A DNA stretch of 64,000 nucleotides from Trichosphaerium sp. ATCC 40318 (GCA_038496445.1 JALMLS010000093.1:1-64000); one strand, 5' to 3'; positions 36,455-50,906 are shown, counted from the first letter of the stretch. Notes: generated from the sequence alone by a model not told the origin. Translations and numbers: made by a program.

Positions 36455-39400
36455 ATGCTTAGACAAGCGCAAACTCCCCCGCAATATGCGCCTTCACCAG
36501 AGTTTCCAAGGAAACGCACAAACAGACCACGGGCGCGATCAGAACCTAACCCGAGGAAGTCTAAGACAGGCCCAGTTGTATTTCAGAGCAAGGAATTGCC
36601 TCTCGGGGCGTTTAGAATAGAAATTGAAGATTCAAACGTTACACAAGACGATGCAGAGCTAGACTATACAGAAGATAACTTCAAAAAGACTTTTATGAAT
36701 GCGCGTACGTTTTAGCATCCAACAAACTTTCTTTTTTTCATTACATGAAAAACTGTCCCTATTGAGTAAAACAGACTATCAGTAGACGTATTTTATAACA
36801 TAAAACTATCTTTTACGCTCTTTAAAGTTAATTTGACTAAAACACCCATATAAATACACAAACACTTATCAATATCGGAAAACCTGTATATACACATACG
36901 TATAAACTGTTTAAAGTGGTTTTTAGACTATTTTCTTTTCTAAATCGTACTTCGCTAAATTTAGTTGGGCTATTTTCTGTGCTACTGAATATCTTTTCTT
37001 TTACTATTTTCCATGTTAAAAACATGTTTATAAAATACAACATTACATTCAATGGTTCACTAGTCGATTTCGACTAAATCGGGTAAAGGACATTGGAACT
37101 TTGTTTCTGTACCATCTTCAGGCAAACTACAAGATGCAATTATTATATCAGTACTACAGAAGCCGTTAGTAGGTGTATATCGCGTGATGCAAACAACAAA
37201 AAGGGTACAGTTATACCTTTTTGTTTTCGAAAAACAAAATCTTTTTTTTTCTGGCTTTGTGCTAATTAAACGAGTTTTTAGACTTCGAATATGTATAGTA
37301 TAGACTCTAGCGCTGTGAGTCGTTGTGGTAAAAAGACTGTAGAAGCAAATCTAGTCGTGTTTTTGAACAACAAATACAACGTCAGCAACTTTTATCATGT
37401 TCAGAATAAGGCTTTCAGACATGAGTTAACAAAGGTAAAATATTAATTACGACAAAATTCGAGCAGTAGTTAGTTCGGTAGTACTCAGACAACAACTTTT
37501 TTGCAGTTTATTCATAATTTTGATTAATTACGTCTAAAACTGCGTTAGGTAGAACGTGATCACCCTCAACAGCTTCGTACTATGAAGATAGCTGTATTGT
37601 ACAGTAAAAGAGGACAAAGTCAGCCCTCTGAAATGTTCCATAACGGTAAGAGTTTTTTATGGATTTTTTTTTCTGCTAGTAGCTCTCTACGCGCGTAGTA
37701 GTCGTATAATTTATTGTAAAATAGACAAAGTAACCAAAAAACTGCGAGAGTTTCTAAATATAATTGGTGACAAGATTGATTTATCTACACACAAAGGTAC
37801 TGTTACTCCCCTTTAAAGTAGTACTTGAATTTATCTGTTGATACTTTTAAGGTTATGCAGGAGACATGGGGTCATCAGCAATGCCAACGTATTACTGTAA
37901 ATGGAAGCATAATATAGGTGAGTTTTTTTATGTTGTTTGCTATCATCTATCCATCCCTTTGCTCTGAAAAACTTGTATATTATTTGATTCGTTATTATAA
38001 TAAGTTCAACAATTGTATCTCGTTCTTCAAGAGATGCTATGCATTTGCAATCGCTACTTGTTTTCTTTTTTTCTTTTTTTCTTTGAAGAAAAGAAAGTGC
38101 CAAGCCCGTTTTGTTTACGTTGTTTTGTAGAGATCATATATCATGTTGCACCTATGTTAAACTCTGATCAACATAGAAGATTAATAGGTAATGACGTTGC
38201 CGTAATATTCTTCCAACAACAGGTACGGCGATGTGACTTTTTTTGGAAACGGAGAATTATGGTGTTTTTTTTTGTTATTTGCTGAACTTATTGATGGCTT
38301 TTTTAGGGTGAACAATTTCACCCTGAGAATATACAAAAACTTGGGACAGTACCACAAATATTTACAGTGGTCACGCCACATCAAAAATCCAATTATAGGT
38401 TAGTAAATTGTAGTCGCTAGTACACTAAAACTAATATTTTCATGAAAGGCTTGGTTTTTTTAACAAGACTCAAATTAAACCATTTGGTCCGCCTCTTCCC
38501 AAGTTTCAAAGCTTTAATAAAAATAATCTGAGAGACTACTTACTAACAAAAAGTACGCTATAACTAAATAAGCTTTTGTAGAGGCACTTGTCCTTCCAAT
38601 TTTTCATTTTTTTGCTAATCTTTTTTTTTTTAGTTCACAATGGATACTACCAAGCACGTGTTCACTGTCCTCCATTGAACAGGTTATTCTTTACACCGAG
38701 GTATTTAAAAAATATATTTTCGTGTATTTGAACAACCACGTGACATTTAAATTAAGGGGTGAAACAATCGCTCAAATTGTACAACAATTTCCAAAAGAAA
38801 ATAAGCGAGACGTGAAGCAAAGAGAGAAAGCCGAACACCAACAAAAGATGAAGCTTAGAGAAACACAAACTGATGCACGAGAACTAATTATAAAAGGTAC
38901 ATACAGACTCATCAACATGCTGTTCAAGGACTTTTGAAAGTCTTTTTTGTTTTTGTTGTTGTAGTATGAAAACACTACTTTCTTTGTTCTGTACTAAGGC
39001 AGTGCTGATTTGTTTTGTTTAGTTAAAGAAGCTCGTAACTTAGTTACAAAAACAATGTCACGTGATACATTTTGTGTATGCACGTTAAGCGCTCAAGAAG
39101 TCAAAACACAAGTATCTAAAAAGAGTATAAACCCTCAATGGAATGAAGAATTCAAGTTGTAAGTTCCAGCCTCTCATTTATTTCTTACTGATGTTTCATA
39201 AGCAACCTTGTCGGATTAGACATTATATATGAAGACTTCATTTTAACAGTTACAGATGGAGCTAACAAGAGTACTGTGTAAGAACCGTTAGTTTTTACTA
39301 TTTTTAAATTTTTTTGATGACATTGTTTGCTTTTATTGTTAATGATTGTTTCTCTCATTGTAAACGTAGTGGTCAAGTTACTTTCGCACTTAGCGACATA

Positions 39401-39706
39401 ACACGTGGAAAAATGAAGATTGACAAGTGGTATACGTACGTTTTGGGGGTTGTCGTATGGCAATTATTGTTTTTTTTGCGTCTCGGTGCAGGTCTCACTT
39501 TGTTCGTTTTCATATACTACAAACTATCTTCGTAATGTTCCTCGTGTCCACGCGTATTTTAATAACAACAATGGAGCATCGTGTTGATTGTTCTGATTAG
39601 GTTAACAAATGGAGTTGCAGTCGCAGGAGAGATACTACTTCAATGGGATTATAAAGAAAGTAAGCAAAAGCAATTACAGTGGGGTTCTGTGGATAAGTTT
39701 TCCTAA
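36455..39706 (+). CDS. Rap/Ran-GAP domain protein with C-terminal C2 domain
   Basis: MKIAVLYSKRGQ...EMFHN, EIIYHVAPML..DQHRRLIGNDVAVIFF (Asn-thumb motif), then C2-like VKEARNL...KKSINPQWNEEF. Confidence 0.88.
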
Positions 39707-40007
39707 AACTGAAATTAAACAAACAATTACAAACCACATGGATAATAACGGTTATCTACTTGGTAAAAAAAAAACCCAAACATACCCAATTTGGATTGTT
39801 GTACACTAGAATAAATGACCCACCTCACGATCCATCAAACACATCACCTTTGCTCCTACTATCAGTTGGCGTGCAGTACTTCAAAACGACTGATACTCTA
39901 TTGTCTTTTGTGATCTCGAAATAAACCAAGGTTTTGGGTGGCAAATACTTTTGTTTTTGCCGGTCTTTTCTTCGTGATAATTAGCATTTTTAGTTTTGCT
40001 TTTACCA

Positions 40008-42687
40008 ATGGCCTCTGATCCAAGTAAAGGCAATGTAGATGGTTTATTAACATTAAGGCTTCGTTTTGGGCACGTTGTTAAAAAAATTCTCACCATTGCG
40101 TAATGTATGCGTCAGAGGTGCTAGATACGAAGTAAATATAAGCAAAACCGCTTTTTACGCCGATTTACTAGCTGTTGTAAGCAAATCAACCGGTATTGAC
40201 GCTGAACGCGTTACACGTACGTCTGCACATTTCCGTACATTCAGTTAAACAGATTTCAACAGTTCTAAGCGGATATCCTCCAAGACAGCTTCAACCTGAC
40301 TCTACGCAACCTCTCAGTACTTTTATAAGACACAAGGACACTATTGTTGTGCGAGAGAGTCTTGAAAGGCGTATAAAATCTGATCAGAATGTACTGGAAC
40401 AACAGGCGTAAGTGACAACGTATAACCCTAACGCTGATAACTACAAGTATATGTTTACCTATTGAACAACCTCCTGAGCCTGAAAACAACGCTGGAACAG
40501 TGGTAGCGCCATATGGAGCGAATGTTAGGTTCGAAAGTCAAAATATCTTTTTTTTTTCTGACTTTTTTTGGAAGTAAATGTGGCTACTGCGGTACTAAGA
40601 AATCAAGTCACAGCTTCGGTACTATTACTGATTACTTTGATAACTTGATACTAACTTGTCTTATCATTAAAGGTGTTGGAGTATCAGTCATGACAGCACA
40701 TCAATATCAATGTTTTGTAGATAAAGGTTGGAGAAGGTCTGGTTCTTATATGTACAAACCTTTACTAGAAAAGGTACAGCACCTCAAAGATACCTCTTAT
40801 GGTTGCCCTTCTAACGCACCATTTAGACATGTTGTAGATTGTATACTATCAGACTTGATGTTACAGCTTTCAAGCCAAGTAAACGAGTAAGTTAGTTTGT
40901 GTTTATTTTTGTAGTTGTCACGTGCTAGTTGAATTAATTTTTGTTTTAAGCAACGACAACAACTTCGAAAGTTTGAGCTTTGGCTACAAACAGGGTCAGT
41001 AAAGCAACAACAAACTCAAAAGAAAAGTAAAAAGAAATCCAATGTTCAAACAGACGAACAAAAAAAATTGGCTGTTCTTGTGGCTGATGCTGTGAGTACT
41101 GTTCTGAAGAGCACCAATTATTCTATTTATGAAATCGATATAAGCAAGATAAACATTAGCATAAAGGATACACCAAAAGCATATGTTTCGAATGTACCGA
41201 TGATTGTTGCTGGGAATATTTTGAGAAAACAGAAACAAACACAGAAATCCAGTCCTTCTCCTCCACCACAAAAGAAACAAAAGATTCAAGGCAAGAAGCC
41301 AAATCCTGCTATTACAATAGCTGAAGAGATAGCCAAACTAGCTTGTGAATCTCTAGGGAAAGACGTAAGTGACAAGATATACTTCTTTTTTTAAAACAAG
41401 TGTTTTTAGGTGTCAGTAAAAAATGGACACTTACAATTTCCTAAAAAACAAGCAGACATCAAACCCTCTACTGTTAATAAAGGGGAGAAAAAAGAACCTA
41501 AACCAGAGGAACCAAAAAGTGAAGCAAAGCCTGTACATGAATTAAAGGTATAAAAAGAAATATCATTCATCAAAAATGTCAGATAACAACTCATTCCTGT
41601 TTAGATATCAATGCACAAAGCCCATTTCACAAAGGAATGTTTTGACTTGTATAAGAAATACCAAATGTCTCGTCACGGAGATCCTAGCTCTAAATTTAAA
41701 GAAACAACCCAATACGAACGTAATACTTTGAAACAATTTTGCTCATAAGCACATTAACTCAAATGACATAGGTTTTCTTGTAAATAATCCATTACATTCA
41801 ACAAAAAAGATTCATGGTGTACGATGTGGTGGATACCACCAACGTATGATAATAACTCTGCATTATCTGCTATTTATTGATCGTTATTAGATTGGCGTAT
41901 TGATGGTAAACTAGTTGCTGTAGGTGTTGTTGATGTCTTGCCAAGCTGTAAGCTTTTGTTACTTTCTATAACGTTTTTTCTTATTTTTTTCCAGGTTTAT
42001 CATCTGTTTACTTCTTTTATGACCCTGATATGGAGTTTCTTAATCTTGGTGTTATTAGTGCTCTTTATGAGGTAGCTGAAATTATAACGTCATCCATCTA
42101 TGACTAGCTCTTACGGATATTTGTAGATTGAATGGATAAAAGCACACTTAACAGATTCATTTAAGTACTACTATATGGGTTATTACTTGCACAATAACTC
42201 GAAAATGAAGTACAAGGTACATCTTTTATAAGTTTATTTATTTACTATTATATCACTTGAGTATACTTATCTGTTCTAGGGAGGATACAAGCCATCAGAG
42301 TTACTCTGTAATGCCTCCAAAAAATGGTACTTTTTTTCCTGTGAAAAACAAGGTTAATGTTTATTCTCTGGTGTAGGGTGCCTTTAGAGCGTCTCAATGA
42401 TAGGCTTTCATATAATCCTTATTTTACTTTCTATGAGGGAGATTTCACAACTGTAACTGATAATGATATTGCGACAGTAATTCAAAATTGCAAGTATATT
42501 TTCAAAGGAACTCAAATCCCTTACAAAGTGCGTGCTGTCAGAACTTTACTGTGGATTTTGTACTCAATTTTGTTTTTGCTAGGCGCTTGCATTCAATTAC
42601 CCTCCAGACCTTCGAGATGCCATGGAAACATTAATTCGGGAAGCTGGTGTTGATTTAATAATGAATACAGGCATCAAACTTGCGTAG
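40008..42687 (+). CDS. ATE1: Arginyl-tRNA--protein transferase with N-terminal UBX/ubiquitin-like domain
   Basis: CGYC, GWRRSGSYMYKP, TCCRLYTIRLD (ATE_N); LYKKYQ..H.D, GKLVAVGVVDVLP..LSSVYFFYDPD, YYYMGYYLH..KMKYK (ATE_C). Confidence 0.93.
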
Positions 42688-43138
42688 ATCGTTTAAAGAA
42701 CCCACGTGAACCTAACGATTATTGTTGCTCCCTAAAAAATAAATTAGTCATACTGAAATCTTTGATGGTACCTTGATTAAGCACTATGTTTATAGAAAGG
42801 GTCAATATAATGATGAGTACAAGAAATATTACTGTGTTACGTTGAAGAAGCAATGCTGCTATGTAAACGGTAAACGTGAAGGAGTATAAAGAGTGGCACA
42901 AGACTGGTACTGAGAATGCAGTGCTACTATACAAATGATAAACATGACGTACAAAAGAGTGCTCTAAGAATGATAAACTGATTAGGCACAAGAGCTATGT
43001 ACAGAGAGATGAGATAAAACCGTTTTTTGTAATTGCTGAATCAAAAGAAGCACAAACAAAATACATGTATTTTTGTATCATCTTTATGAGTTCATTGTAG
43101 GTATATTTGTTTATGGAGGGTAAACAATACAGTTTATT

Positions 43139-45213
43139 TCAGTGTATGTGAAGTACTGCTTCGTGGTCAAAAGAATTTGGAGGTGTAACCTTATGAGCAC
43201 CATTTCCTAGACTTCCAACCGAGACTCTATTGCCTGTGGTAGGATCATACCATTCGGCTGATAATGCTGATGGTATCTGTGATAATGTGATAGAAAAGGT
43301 ATCTTTAGTAGAGGCGAGTACAATATACTCTTTCCCAGAGCTAACAAGACCATAAATTGTATCGCCTGATGGCGAAGAAATCTACGAAAAAAATGAGAAA
43401 AAACCACTAAAAAAAATCACTTCAGCAATAAAAGTCTCACGTACAAAATCGTTGTTTGGTTCCATCTCCCAGTACTTTACATTTGAAAAAAACTCTTTGA
43501 GTAATTTACAATACTTGTAGCCAGTTGTCTCATCCTAAAAAGAGGTTTATTTATCTCAACGTTGAAGGTTTTTTTTACCATTATTATTACGTCCCAAGCA
43601 GAATCGTCATAGTACCTTGCACGTCTTTTAGTAAACTGATTTTATTCTATATATACGTACCAAGCGGCATACCCGCCGCTCATGTACAACGACCACATGA
43701 CAGGAAGCATAACAATAGCAGGGCTGAAGTTATGTTAAAAAATTTGAAATATTTATAAAAGTTAAGTCACCTGCGATTGCTGAATGTAGGGATAGGTCCT
43801 TGCTCGTACAAAAACTAACGGCTAACGTTAGCGATAGGATTATTTACACGTGTAACTTTTTAAGGTTACCTCGACAGTGGCTACAGGAATATCATGGGAA
43901 TTCCTTGATTCGATACTAATGTTATAGTAGTTACTATGTACTTGAGCTGAAACAAAGTCGCAGTAGCTCCAATCTGGGCAATGTGTATGGGAGGTTATCA
44001 AGCGTTTGTGTGCATTTAATTTAGCTAGTAGTGGGAGTCTTGTTGCCCAGTACGAGTCCTTTTCGTGAGCAGCTTCCTAAACAAAAAAGAAAGTCAAACA
44101 GCTAGAAGAGACTTTGAAGAAGCCACATACCTTTGATATGTCAAAGACAATATTTGAATACGCTCCATAACGTGCAGCGACATATCGCCAGAATAGATCA
44201 TCTTGTGGACTTTCATGTGATGGCCATTGTACCGCTTTATTCCATACAGTGATCATCATGTGACAAACAGCGCCGTACTTCTTTAGTGTATCCATGACAA
44301 CATCAAAGTGTTTGAAGTATGTCAGATCAATACTGTTGTAGTCAAGTTTGCCGTTTTCTCCCCAAGGTGTAAGCTTCGTTGGCGCAACACGTGGTGGGGC
44401 TTTAACCTTTTCTCCCCAACGACTGTAGTTCGCATAAACGTTCACCAAGAAATGGTTAAACCCGTATGAGGTTGTCATTTTTACGAAACCGTCAAGTTCT
44501 ACAGTTGTATTGACACCAGGTAATCCAAGTGCCCAAAGCCAATCTGCTTCGTACCCCATCAAAAAATAACGGGTACCGTCCTCGTAGATAAAGTGGTGTT
44601 TATGGTCAGTATCAACCATAATACCACCGTGGGAAGATGTTTGCTTTGGAGTGCACGTGATACTGCCTTTATGACCGTTCAAAGAGGATTCGCTTGAACT
44701 TGAAACCCAGTCCCAAGTACCTGAAAAAAAACCGTTAAATATCTGTGGCGCACGTGGACTTACCTTCGGTGTCAGGTGAGAATCTTGCTTTCCATACATT
44801 GTTACCATCGTAGAACGCTGTTACAGTTGCCTTTGGATACCGAGAGGCCGATAAAGAGATGCTACTTTTCAAAGTAAAAGTTACCTCTACATTTAACTAG
44901 AGAGGAAATGTTAGAGTAAACTTCACCACTAAATTGAATGTTCTCTCGCAAATTCGTCCAGAAAAGAATATAACACGTGTCGCACGCAGGCTTTATTTAA
45001 TTGTTTAATTTGGTTTTTTATGCTTTTTGGGTTGTTAAAGCCGTTACGATGGTTTCACAACTGAAAATAAAATAGTAAAATAAAACGTGCCATGAAGGGG
45101 TTGGTTGAAGTACTTCCTGAAAGTTCTAGCTCAAAGATTTCAAATCGCTGTACTGATTGACACGTAGTAAACGCTATTATAGCAGCAAATATAACCGCAA
45201 GTTTCTGTAACAT
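43139..45213 (-). CDS. Secreted DUF5060 + DUF4038 (apiosidase/GH140-like) glycoside hydrolase-like protein
   Basis: Signal peptide; NPF...AFYDGNNVWKARFSPD.EGTW; HFIYEDGTRYFLMG; YFKHFD; RYVAARYGAYSNIVFDISKE. Confidence 0.8.
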
Positions 45214-45772
45214 GACTACCGTTGCCGTTTCGCCTTTTACAATTGATTAAGAAACACAACGACTCTAAATATTAATCAGGCGATTTTGTGTAACGATAAA
45301 CATTTCCACCACCTTATGATATTCATTTACGCTTTAAATTACAATATGCCCATTTATACGCGTTTCAGGGTTGTAGCGCCAAAAATGCTTGAGTTTTCTT
45401 TAGGGATGAAATGGCCAATCGAAAAAAAAAGCGTAATTTTCACGTGGCCTACATATTTTTGACTGAAAATTGTTGCATTTTTCGAACGGTACCTTTCTGT
45501 TCGCTCTAATATTTTTTCGAACAAAAGGATTTACTAAAGTAGGATTAAATGTCGTACCAAATTTCAGAAAGGCTTCAAAAAAAAACAGCTTGCAATTTTG
45601 TTTTTGCTTGTTTTATTGCAGTTTTTTTCTGCAATTTAAAAGTTGTTTTTGCGATTTATGTTGTTGCTAATTAAGCTTTTCAACATTTTCTCCATACACG
45701 TTTCAGGCCTTTTGTCATGTAACTTTACAAAATATTGTAGTAGTCAAAATATGTTTATTTATACAACCACTC

Positions 45773-46311
45773 CTATGATGACAACCAAAATAAACCAAAG
45801 CAGTTCATGGTTGAAACTGATTTAATGGATTCTGAAGTTGTGATATTGGTGGCAATTGGAACTGAGAATGGTTCTTGGCTTGGTTCTTGGTATGAATTGT
45901 ACTTGAAGGCAACTATAATATTGTAAAATGGAATTGGCGGCCTACGAGAATTAGAACAGTCAATAATATCATGTGAAGTGTTGAATCTGGCCTTCCAGTG
46001 ACTGGGTGCTTCAGTGCTTTCAGTCATGCATCTTCATTGTAGGTGTTAATGGTACTTTAAAGACAACTTGCGGAAATTCTGTTTTAAGTTTGTACTTTAC
46101 ATTGCACGTGACATGCAAAGCAGTCCGTATTAAGTAATCAAAGTTTATGCTACTGCTGAAAGCTATACTAGGACTTCCAGTTTGTAGTGTGGATTTCAAG
46201 CTTTGCGAATTTTTATTCAATTTCGCACTTTCAATAAGTGTTTACATTGCATACAGTTATAAACATCAGAATCGGTTGTGAACCTTGTAATGTTCCTTTG
46301 ACAGTTCACCA
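45773..46311 (-). CDS. Possible small membrane protein (uncertain model)
   Basis: Short open segments ending in a hydrophobic stretch; no family recognised. Confidence 0.25.
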
Positions 46312-46355
46312 TTTGTCTGAATTCTGTTGCTATCAAATTGTTTATAATAAACCCG

Positions 46356-47690
46356 TTAGTACCTGATAGTTATACCTTTTAGGGTTGATAACTCTTTCCT
46401 TTTTATTTGCGTAGCACCATCAATCTCCAATCTTTTAATTTCAGGTGTTAAATATTGGATTCCTTCAAATGAGATGTTGGTACAGTAAGAAGCAACAAGA
46501 GTATGAACACCCTTTAAAGCTTTGATTCCTTCATCTGTTACATCTGTACGACTCAAATATATAGTATGAACGCCTGCTAGTTCCTTTATACCTTCATCTG
46601 TCACTGCACAATGCCAAAGGTTAATACGGTATACACCTTTCAATGCTTTTATGCCTTCATCTGTAACTGGTGTACTCGAAAGGTTTATAGTATGCACACC
46701 GGCAAGCTCTTTGATACCTTCATCGGTGACCTTTGTTTGAGATAGGTTGATTTCATGGACACCTCTTAATGCTTTTATACCTTTATCAGTAACAGCAGTA
46801 TAGCTCAGGTTAATTGTATGAACACCAGCGAGTTCAATTATCCCTTTATCCGTAACATTGTGACATTCTGACAAGTTGATAGTATGAACGCCTTTTAAAG
46901 CTTGTAAACCCTTATCTGTAACAGTGGTGTTGATGAGCTTTAACGTGTGAACTCCAGCAAGTGATGCAATGCCTTTATCTGATACATTTGTATCACTCAA
47001 GTTTATTGTATGCACTCCTTTCAGTGCTTTAATTCCATCATCAGTAACACCACATCCACTAAGGTCAATATCATAAACACCTCTAAGAGCCTTTATACCT
47101 TCATCTGTTATACCGAGACAACTATTTATATCTATAGTATGTACACCAGCAAGCTCTTTGATACCTTCATCTGTCACAGTTGTAACAGAAAGGTTTATTT
47201 TATGTACACCTTTTAGTGCTTTAATGTCTTCATCATTGATAACAGCCCATCCAAGATTAATAGTGTGAACACCAGCTAGTGCTTTGATATTATTGCCACA
47301 AATGCCATAACAATTAATGTAGGTGTTTTTAAGCAAAGGGCTCTTTTCAAGGAGCTTAACCAGAGCCCGAACATAAGTGCAGGTATCCACACGTATTACG
47401 CCATATCCAACGTGTTTTTGTACAAGTTCGTAGATGTAGTGGCAACTATGAGCGATATGAAGCGTGTAGCTGCAGAAACGAAGCATATAAACGATAACTT
47501 CTGGTGGCATTGTCACGAGACATAGTTCTTCGCTTCTAATGCGATTAATAAGGATTTGAGTATATTAACGCACGATCTGTCTTTAAGAGACTGACGCGAA
47601 TCCAAAATTGTGTCCATGAGAAGGTGCTGGAGCTATTTGTTTGAAAATGATGATGTCAAATTCAGTCTCAGTACTTTCTTTGAATAGCAT
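46356..47690 (-). CDS. F-box-like + leucine-rich repeat protein (about twelve 24-aa repeats)
   Basis: LVTMPPEVIVYMLRF, then repeats of GVHTINLSxTxVTDEGIKxL in one ~1.2-kb exon; probably a single 5' intron. Confidence 0.9.
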
Positions 47691-48054
47691 CTCAAAGAGA
47701 TTTCTTTTGGTTGTTTTTTGCTTTCTCTTTTGAGCCTATCTCTGTCTCTATAGCGACATCACGTTATTACGAGAGACATTGCATCTAGCACAGAGCAATG
47801 ATCCTTGTTGTTTCTCACGCAGAATGTCAACCTTGAGAAGTTAGCCGAGAAGTCATAAATCATTAATCCACAAACCTTCGCATTAGCTTCTTACCATTAA
47901 TCAACCATTGCGTTGTGATTGTAGACCCGTCCACCACGGCCTTGATTGCCGCTATTTGTTAGGATATTGAAACAGCTTTTGCAGTACAACAGATCACTTT
48001 TTGTCCATTCGTTAAGTCACTCACTCAAAGGGCTTTTGTATAGTAGCCTCCATT

Positions 48055-50906
48055 ATGCGCCATAGATCCAGGATATCAACCAGGCACACGGTTATATCCC
48101 CACGCAGGACATCACCGACAAGACGTGGCAAATTTGCACAACTTGTAACGCTGGCAACATTGATCATTGGTGTACGTAATAACCTTCCTTTTCCTACTGT
48201 AAACAGATAAACGCTGAAGAAAATAAAATTAACAGGCTATGCTGTTCGGAGTGTTAGTTGGGATGCATCATTCGCCTAAGGTGACATCACCTATGCTAGA
48301 GGACGATGTAGACGATTTTTTATCAATATCAAAACCAAGACACGTGCGTTAGCTGTTAAATCGTGGAATTTTATCGTTTTTTAATCGTATGAGCGTCTAG
48401 GCCGTTCAAACGAAAGAAATAGGTCGAAACATTGTAAATCTCAAAAGTGATCACCTAAGCAACGTAGAGAAAAAGGTTGAAGATAGTACCAAAGCAAAGG
48501 TCATTCCTCAGATAGACAGTAACGAAGATATAAACACAAACTCCGAAGAAAAAATAGAATCTGAACAAACGTCTAATGTAGAAGATACACGTGCACAACA
48601 GGTTGAAGAAACGGAGGACACTGCGACAGAAGCAGTGGATACGGAGGAGGAAAATGTAAAAGTGACACAGAGCGTTCAGAAAGCAGACAACAGTGACGTA
48701 AAAACTGATAACTCGAATGTTGATGAAGATGACGATTTTAATGACGAAGATTGGGATGGCGGTAGCGATGATAATGACGAAGAGGGAGAAGAGGAAATAG
48801 AAAATGCAAATAATAGTAAAGAAGAGGAACATAGCGCACTTGACATGTATAAAACAGAAAAACCAAAAATCAATTATTCAACAAAAAAAACGCCAATGAA
48901 AGCATTCCCTATCAAACCAATGCAAAATTCTGTTATTAAAAACCCTATTGAAAAAGTTAAAGCGGATGTAATTGAAGAACCAGAAGATGAAGAAGGAGAT
49001 GATGGACTTTCACTTGGTTCAGATTCAACAGACGAAGATGAAGACGAAGATGATGAAGCAGCGATACCAGATCATTCAGGACTATCGTTTTTGGTTGATA
49101 TCTACAAGAGAGGGACAAGAACCCCACAAGATATAATGGCTGAGATTAATGGCGCTGTAAGCGAGTTTGAAGAACCAGGTACGAAAAGGAGTTGTCTTTT
49201 ATACAGAACTCAAATAACATTGTGTTTTTTTTAGAACCAAAGAAAAAACAAAGAGAAAAAATGTCAAGAGTAAAGTCAGAGATGCACGATTTGAACTGTT
49301 TTAAGGAAGAAGATCTTATAGGTTGGATTATATCATTTTTAATGTGCTAATGGTTTTTAAAAATATATAGTGAACAACGAGATTGGAGAGACTGATCAAT
49401 ACAGAAAATGGTGCCAAGAACAACCAAGTAATGATAAAAAATGAAGAAACAATTTTTTTTTATTCTTTTTATAGAAGGCCAATCTTTAGTTCAGTACAAG
49501 GATCCCAAACGCCGATATAGGTATACATGCATCGCTTTAACTAGTACTAATTATGTATTTGTTTAGCGTTGTTTGCAATAGTTACAAACGTCAAGTACTG
49601 TTAAGAAGGTCAATCGATCATTTTACTAAATGTCCTAATATTCACACTTACTATGTTGTATGGTACGCACCTCATTTCGTGATATTTCTCATACCAAACA
49701 ATCAATCGCAACTTATACGTATTATTTTATAGGTCTGAAACAGATAAAGAACCACCAGAGTGGTTATACAAGAGATCTCAGGTTTGATCTTGTTTAAACC
49801 CAAATACCAAATAATGTACCTTAGAACCCTGAAGTGAAAGTGAAGATAATAAGACATAAGATAAATTCTCTTAATAACAGATTCTACCCAATACCTGGTA
49901 TTGAGACAGAAGCGATATTCAGGTAGACTACCTTTTTTTTTTTGGAACTTTCAAAAAAATCACGTGATTTTTTTATTTTTACTTATGAATTTATAAGTAT
50001 TGATGATGACGTTCAATTTGATTGTCAGGATGTAGAATATGCATTCTATGTTTGGAGCTTGGGAAAGCAACGCATGGTCGGTACGCAGCTATAAAAGAAA
50101 TAGGTCAAAGGAAAGAAAATTGAATAACTACATAGGCATGTTTCCAAGAGCTATTTCGTGTAAAGGAAACTCTTTTGACTACCACTCTGGAGGCACTCAA
50201 AAGTATGTTGTTAATGTCAAATATAATACAGTGCTTTTTGCTTATGAGAAATTGTAGTCACGCAAGAGAGATAGGGTATCGTATGGTTCTTACTAAATCA
50301 GCTTTTTATCATCGCGCTTTTCATGATTTATACATGGAAACACTTCCACCTAGTACTCATAACAACACCTTTCACAGATGCTAACTTTCTTCTCACTAGT
50401 GACATATGATTGGATTGAAAACAACTTTAACTGTGAAGTACGTCCCCTCAAAAGTTGAACACAAAAACATATTCATAAAACTAGGATATTGCATTTTCAT
50501 TCATGTATGGTAACTGGACTAAAAAACCTGGTCTATGGACACGATCAAGAACAGCAGTTGATCAAGGAGGTGATAACGCTATAAGTAGCCGAAAGTGAGT
50601 ACCTTTTGTTGACCAAAGATCTTTGTTCAGTCCTTGTTAAAGAACTAACAATTTTACCTTAAAGGGGTCATGGCAAAAAACGTGATACTTGCACGAATTC
50701 CATGGCAAAAGGTTTGCGTATTGAATCAAGAGAATAACACTTTTTAATGCCCTGATTTAGTGTATGGACATATGCCTCCACTGACTACATTGCAGTTACA
50801 ACGTTGCTCAAAGTCAAAGGCACAAAGAATAAGAGAGCTAAAGAGAAGGCTGGCAAAGAAAGAGAAAAAAGCTAAAATGAAGTTACCTGGTAAAACAAGG
50901 CCTTGA
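48055..50906 (+). CDS. Type II membrane glycosyltransferase family 64 (EXTL/EPC1-like) with long acidic stem
   Basis: N-terminal TM (LATLIIGAMLFGVLVG), D/E-rich stem, NSLNNRFYP..IETEAIFSIDDD, VGMFPR, YRMVLTKSAFYH, NCEDIAF. Confidence 0.88.
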
